From Octopus bimaculoides (lineage: Eukaryota): 33,723 bases of DNA. The stretch spans positions 183,105,890 to 183,139,612 of the forward strand of contig NC_068981.1 of NCBI RefSeq assembly GCF_001194135.2, written 5' to 3'. Within the stretch, counting starts at the first letter, position 1, and each line of letters begins with the position of its first letter. The notes below the pieces were generated by a model, which was not told where the DNA came from, did no database searches, and saw only the letters and a list, made by a program, of their open reading frames with translations. The position numbers and the translations under genes were made by a program. Shown here piece by piece: positions 30,960 through 33,723 of this stretch.

Positions 30960-31560
30960 TTAGTGATCCAATACCAATGTAATATATATTTGTAACTACA
31001 TAAATGATGCCCGAAACTGAAATAAAGTAAATTATTGAGCTGCAAACTTGCTGACATCACGATCGAGTAAAGTTCAATTCCAGCCTTATCCTGCCTCTTT
31101 TATTTCATGACAGACAGCGCAAACTTTCTGATTCGACATTTTAAACGAATACTTTTATGATCTTTTAATTAACACAAATAACTGTATTGGAAATAGTTGT
31201 AGTCAAGTATCAAATCCAACTAGAGTCAAGTAATTAAATGTCCTCCATTTTGAAATGTTTCGACGGTGATATTAGTTACTTTATATCGAGTATGTATGAC
31301 ATACTCTCTTAGCGTAGTATATCCTTTCTAAACTTATATTAACAAGGAGTTCTCTAGACTTTTAGATATCGAAACAGTCATCAATTTGATAGTGTAGTTG
31401 TTATTTAAAGTTATGTATATAAGAGAGAGAGAGAGGGGGGGAGGTGAAATTGTTCCAAATGTCTTCTGAATTTTTATTTTGTTTTTGTGTTTTAATTTCG
31501 TCTAGGAAGATTAGATTAAGGACTACATGTCCTGGAACGGCTACAAAGCATTGTTTAAGC

Positions 31561-31859
31561 CAGGGGTTTTCAAACTGTGGTCCGCGGACCACAGCAGGTC
31601 CGCGGACCACAGCGGGTCCGCAAGGACAAGACAGGGGGTCAGTAGACAGCAAATACTTTTTATGGGCGATTTGATTTTATATATGTTTTTTAATCGAAAT
31701 CTTTTAATTGACAGTAAACCTATTTGTTAAATACTGTTAAATAAATAAATGCAAAAATATATGTTATTTTAAGCAAATATTTATGTATAAATTTCATAAG
31801 CGTTTATAAGCCTGAAATATAAAGGGGTCCGCAAATCAAAAAAGTTTGAAAACCCCCTG
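31561..31859. mobile_element. hAT MITE with subterminal 18-bp tandem repeat
   Basis: TIRs CAGGGGTTTTCAAAC / GTTTGAAAACCCCCTG; TSD GTTTAAGC / GTCTAAGG (6/8). Confidence 0.88.
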
Positions 31860-32430
31860 GTCTAAGGCACCACAACCGCTCAAGTCTAACCCCAACGTAG
31901 TCCTAATAACTTCGGATGAACTCACATGGGCAATAAAATTATCACTACTTTAAAACATTGAATTAAGTCTTAAGATCTGAAAGAATTTCATGCTTCGAAA
32001 GATTCCCAGAAAGAAAGAAAAAACAACAACATAGTTATGCTGTGACACGTATCACATTCATTCTCATTCTTTGTCACAGTTAAAAAGTTAATTTCGCTTG
32101 ATTAATTAAGCTAAAAAATGTCATTCAACAATTGCAACGACGTCAGCCTATCTCTTCTGATATGAGCCAAAGAAAGAAGCCACCATTGTATTGCACTGTC
32201 TTGTTAGAAATAGCAGTTAAATCCCCCTCCAAGGCATACGTATTTGAAAATAATAACAATAACAAAGATGCCTGTCTGTATAGGGTAACTATAGAAAACA
32301 AATAGTGTAGGATTTCTGAAAAGAACGTAGTCAACTGTTAGAGAACTGTGCTATAGATATAGCTAGGCGGAGAACAGAAAACAAGCAGTAAGAAGCAAAA
32401 GCTACTTGATACACACACACACACACACAC

Positions 32431-32970
32431 NNNNNNNNNNNNNNNNNNNNNNNNNNNNNNNNNNNNNNNNNNNNNNNNNNNNNNNNNNNNNNNNNNNNNN
32501 NNNNNNNNNNNNNNNNNNNNNNNNNNNNNNNNNNNNNNNNNNNNNNNNNNNNNNNNNNNNNNNNNNNNNNNNNNNNNNNNNNNNNNNNNNNNNNNNNNNN
32601 NNNNNNNNNNNNNNNNNNNNNNNNNNNNNNNNNNNNNNNNNNNNNNNNNNNNNNNNNNNNNNNNNNNNNNNNNNNNNNNNNNNNNNNNNNNNNNNNNNNN
32701 NNNNNNNNNNNNNNNNNNNNNNNNNNNNNNNNNNNNNNNNNNNNNNNNNNNNNNNNNNNNNNNNNNNNNNNNNNNNNNNNNNNNNNNNNNNNNNNNNNNN
32801 NNNNNNNNNNNNNNNNNNNNNNNNNNNNNNNNNNNNNNNNNNNNNNNNNNNNNNNNNNNNNNNNNNNNNNNNNNNNNNNNNNNNNNNNNNNNNNNNNNNN
32901 NNNNNNNNNNNNNNNNNNNNNNNNNNNNNNNNNNNNNNNNNNNNNNNNNNNNNNNNNNNNNNNNNNNNNN
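32431..32970. other. Assembly gap between (CA)n and (TG)n
   Basis: N run. Confidence 1.
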
Positions 32971-33068
32971 GTGTGTGTGTGTGTGTGTGCAGCGTGCGTG
33001 TTTGTGTGCGGGTGAGCGGGCTCCGGCGCGTGTGTGTATGTATGTATGCATGCATGTATGTATGTATG

Positions 33069-33630
33069 TCATTGTTCAGTTTTATTTCAAGATTTCTTGC
33101 CAATAGAGAAAGAGCCGGTTGTTAACCTAGATCCAAGGCTCCTTCATTGGAATTTCAACATCAGTGACTGGGTATTTTTGTATGTATGTATGCATGCATG
33201 CATGTATGTATGTATGTACGTATGTATGTATGCATGTATGTATGTATGTACGTATGTATGTATGTATGTATGTATGCATGCATGCATGTATGTATGTATG
33301 TATGTATGTATGTATATGTATGCATGTATGTATGTATGTGTGCCGATTTGTATTTTTGTTTTATGTATGTCCTCTCATGCATATATTTGCATATCCAGAG
33401 ATGCTCGTATATACTTAAATGATAAACGTCTACAAAGTTTTACAGATTTTTACAGTTCCAGTGATGGCTAGGATCTATAGTCTTCGAATCAGCTTTCTCA
33501 TTTCTGGTCTTGAGTAGCCTAATTTCTCAAGATTGGTATTTAGGCAGAGTGTTACATATCCCAGTACTCCAATAATTACTGGTATTAACCTGAACTTGTA
33601 ATCTGGATAAGCTGCAGATGTAAGTATATA
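33069..33630 (-). pseudogene. R4/Dong-like RLE non-LTR retrotransposon 3' end (ORF C-terminus plus 3' UTR with internal and terminal (CATA)n)
   Basis: Minus strand 33415-33624 reads YPDYKFRLIPVIIGVLGYVTLCLNTNLEKLGYSRPEMRKLIRRL*ILAITGTVKICKTL*, matching the R4-clade post-RLE pattern (P.IIGALG..P..L...L..LG.......LQ..A..GT..I). It has two premature stops. Confidence 0.8.
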
Positions 33631-33723
33631 TGTATGCATGTAAGTATGTATGTATCATGCATGCATGTATGTATATATGCACTCACACATATATAATATA
33701 TACAATATATATATATATATATA

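Noticed and set aside
34-33471. Most ORFs in the supplied track (poly-M/I/V/S/D, HT/YI/CV repeats, X-filled ORFs)
   Set aside because: They are translations of microsatellites or N gaps, not genes.

Overview
Eukaryotic, AT-rich, microsatellite-saturated genomic DNA with six N-gaps. The SINE repertoire and microsatellite load suggest an octopod cephalopod draft assembly (inference from recalled repeat families, not a database hit). No complete protein-coding gene, rRNA, intact tRNA or CRISPR array is supported, and most track ORFs are microsatellite or N artefacts. The window is mostly mobile DNA. It holds about 18 copies or fragments of a tRNA-head SINE with interchangeable 3' tails (here 'A'), a bipartite SINE with an internal microsatellite ('B') and a CORE/V-type SINE ('D'). 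Decayed coding remnants include a CRE-like RLE retrotransposon split by a SINE, an R4/Dong-like element apparently targeting (TACA)n, a CR1-like 3' end, Penelope-like GIY-YIG remnants, a Tc1 end and a Buster/Charlie-type hAT transposase C-terminus. There are also four hAT MITEs, a Tc1/mariner MITE and a Helentron-type non-autonomous element. The most notable observations are several minimal type I hammerhead-ribozyme-like motifs, one overlapped by a 78-nt inverted repeat that could sequester its core. A few unique-sequence islands could be host exons (low confidence). Coordinates were counted by hand, and edges of decayed repeats are approximate.
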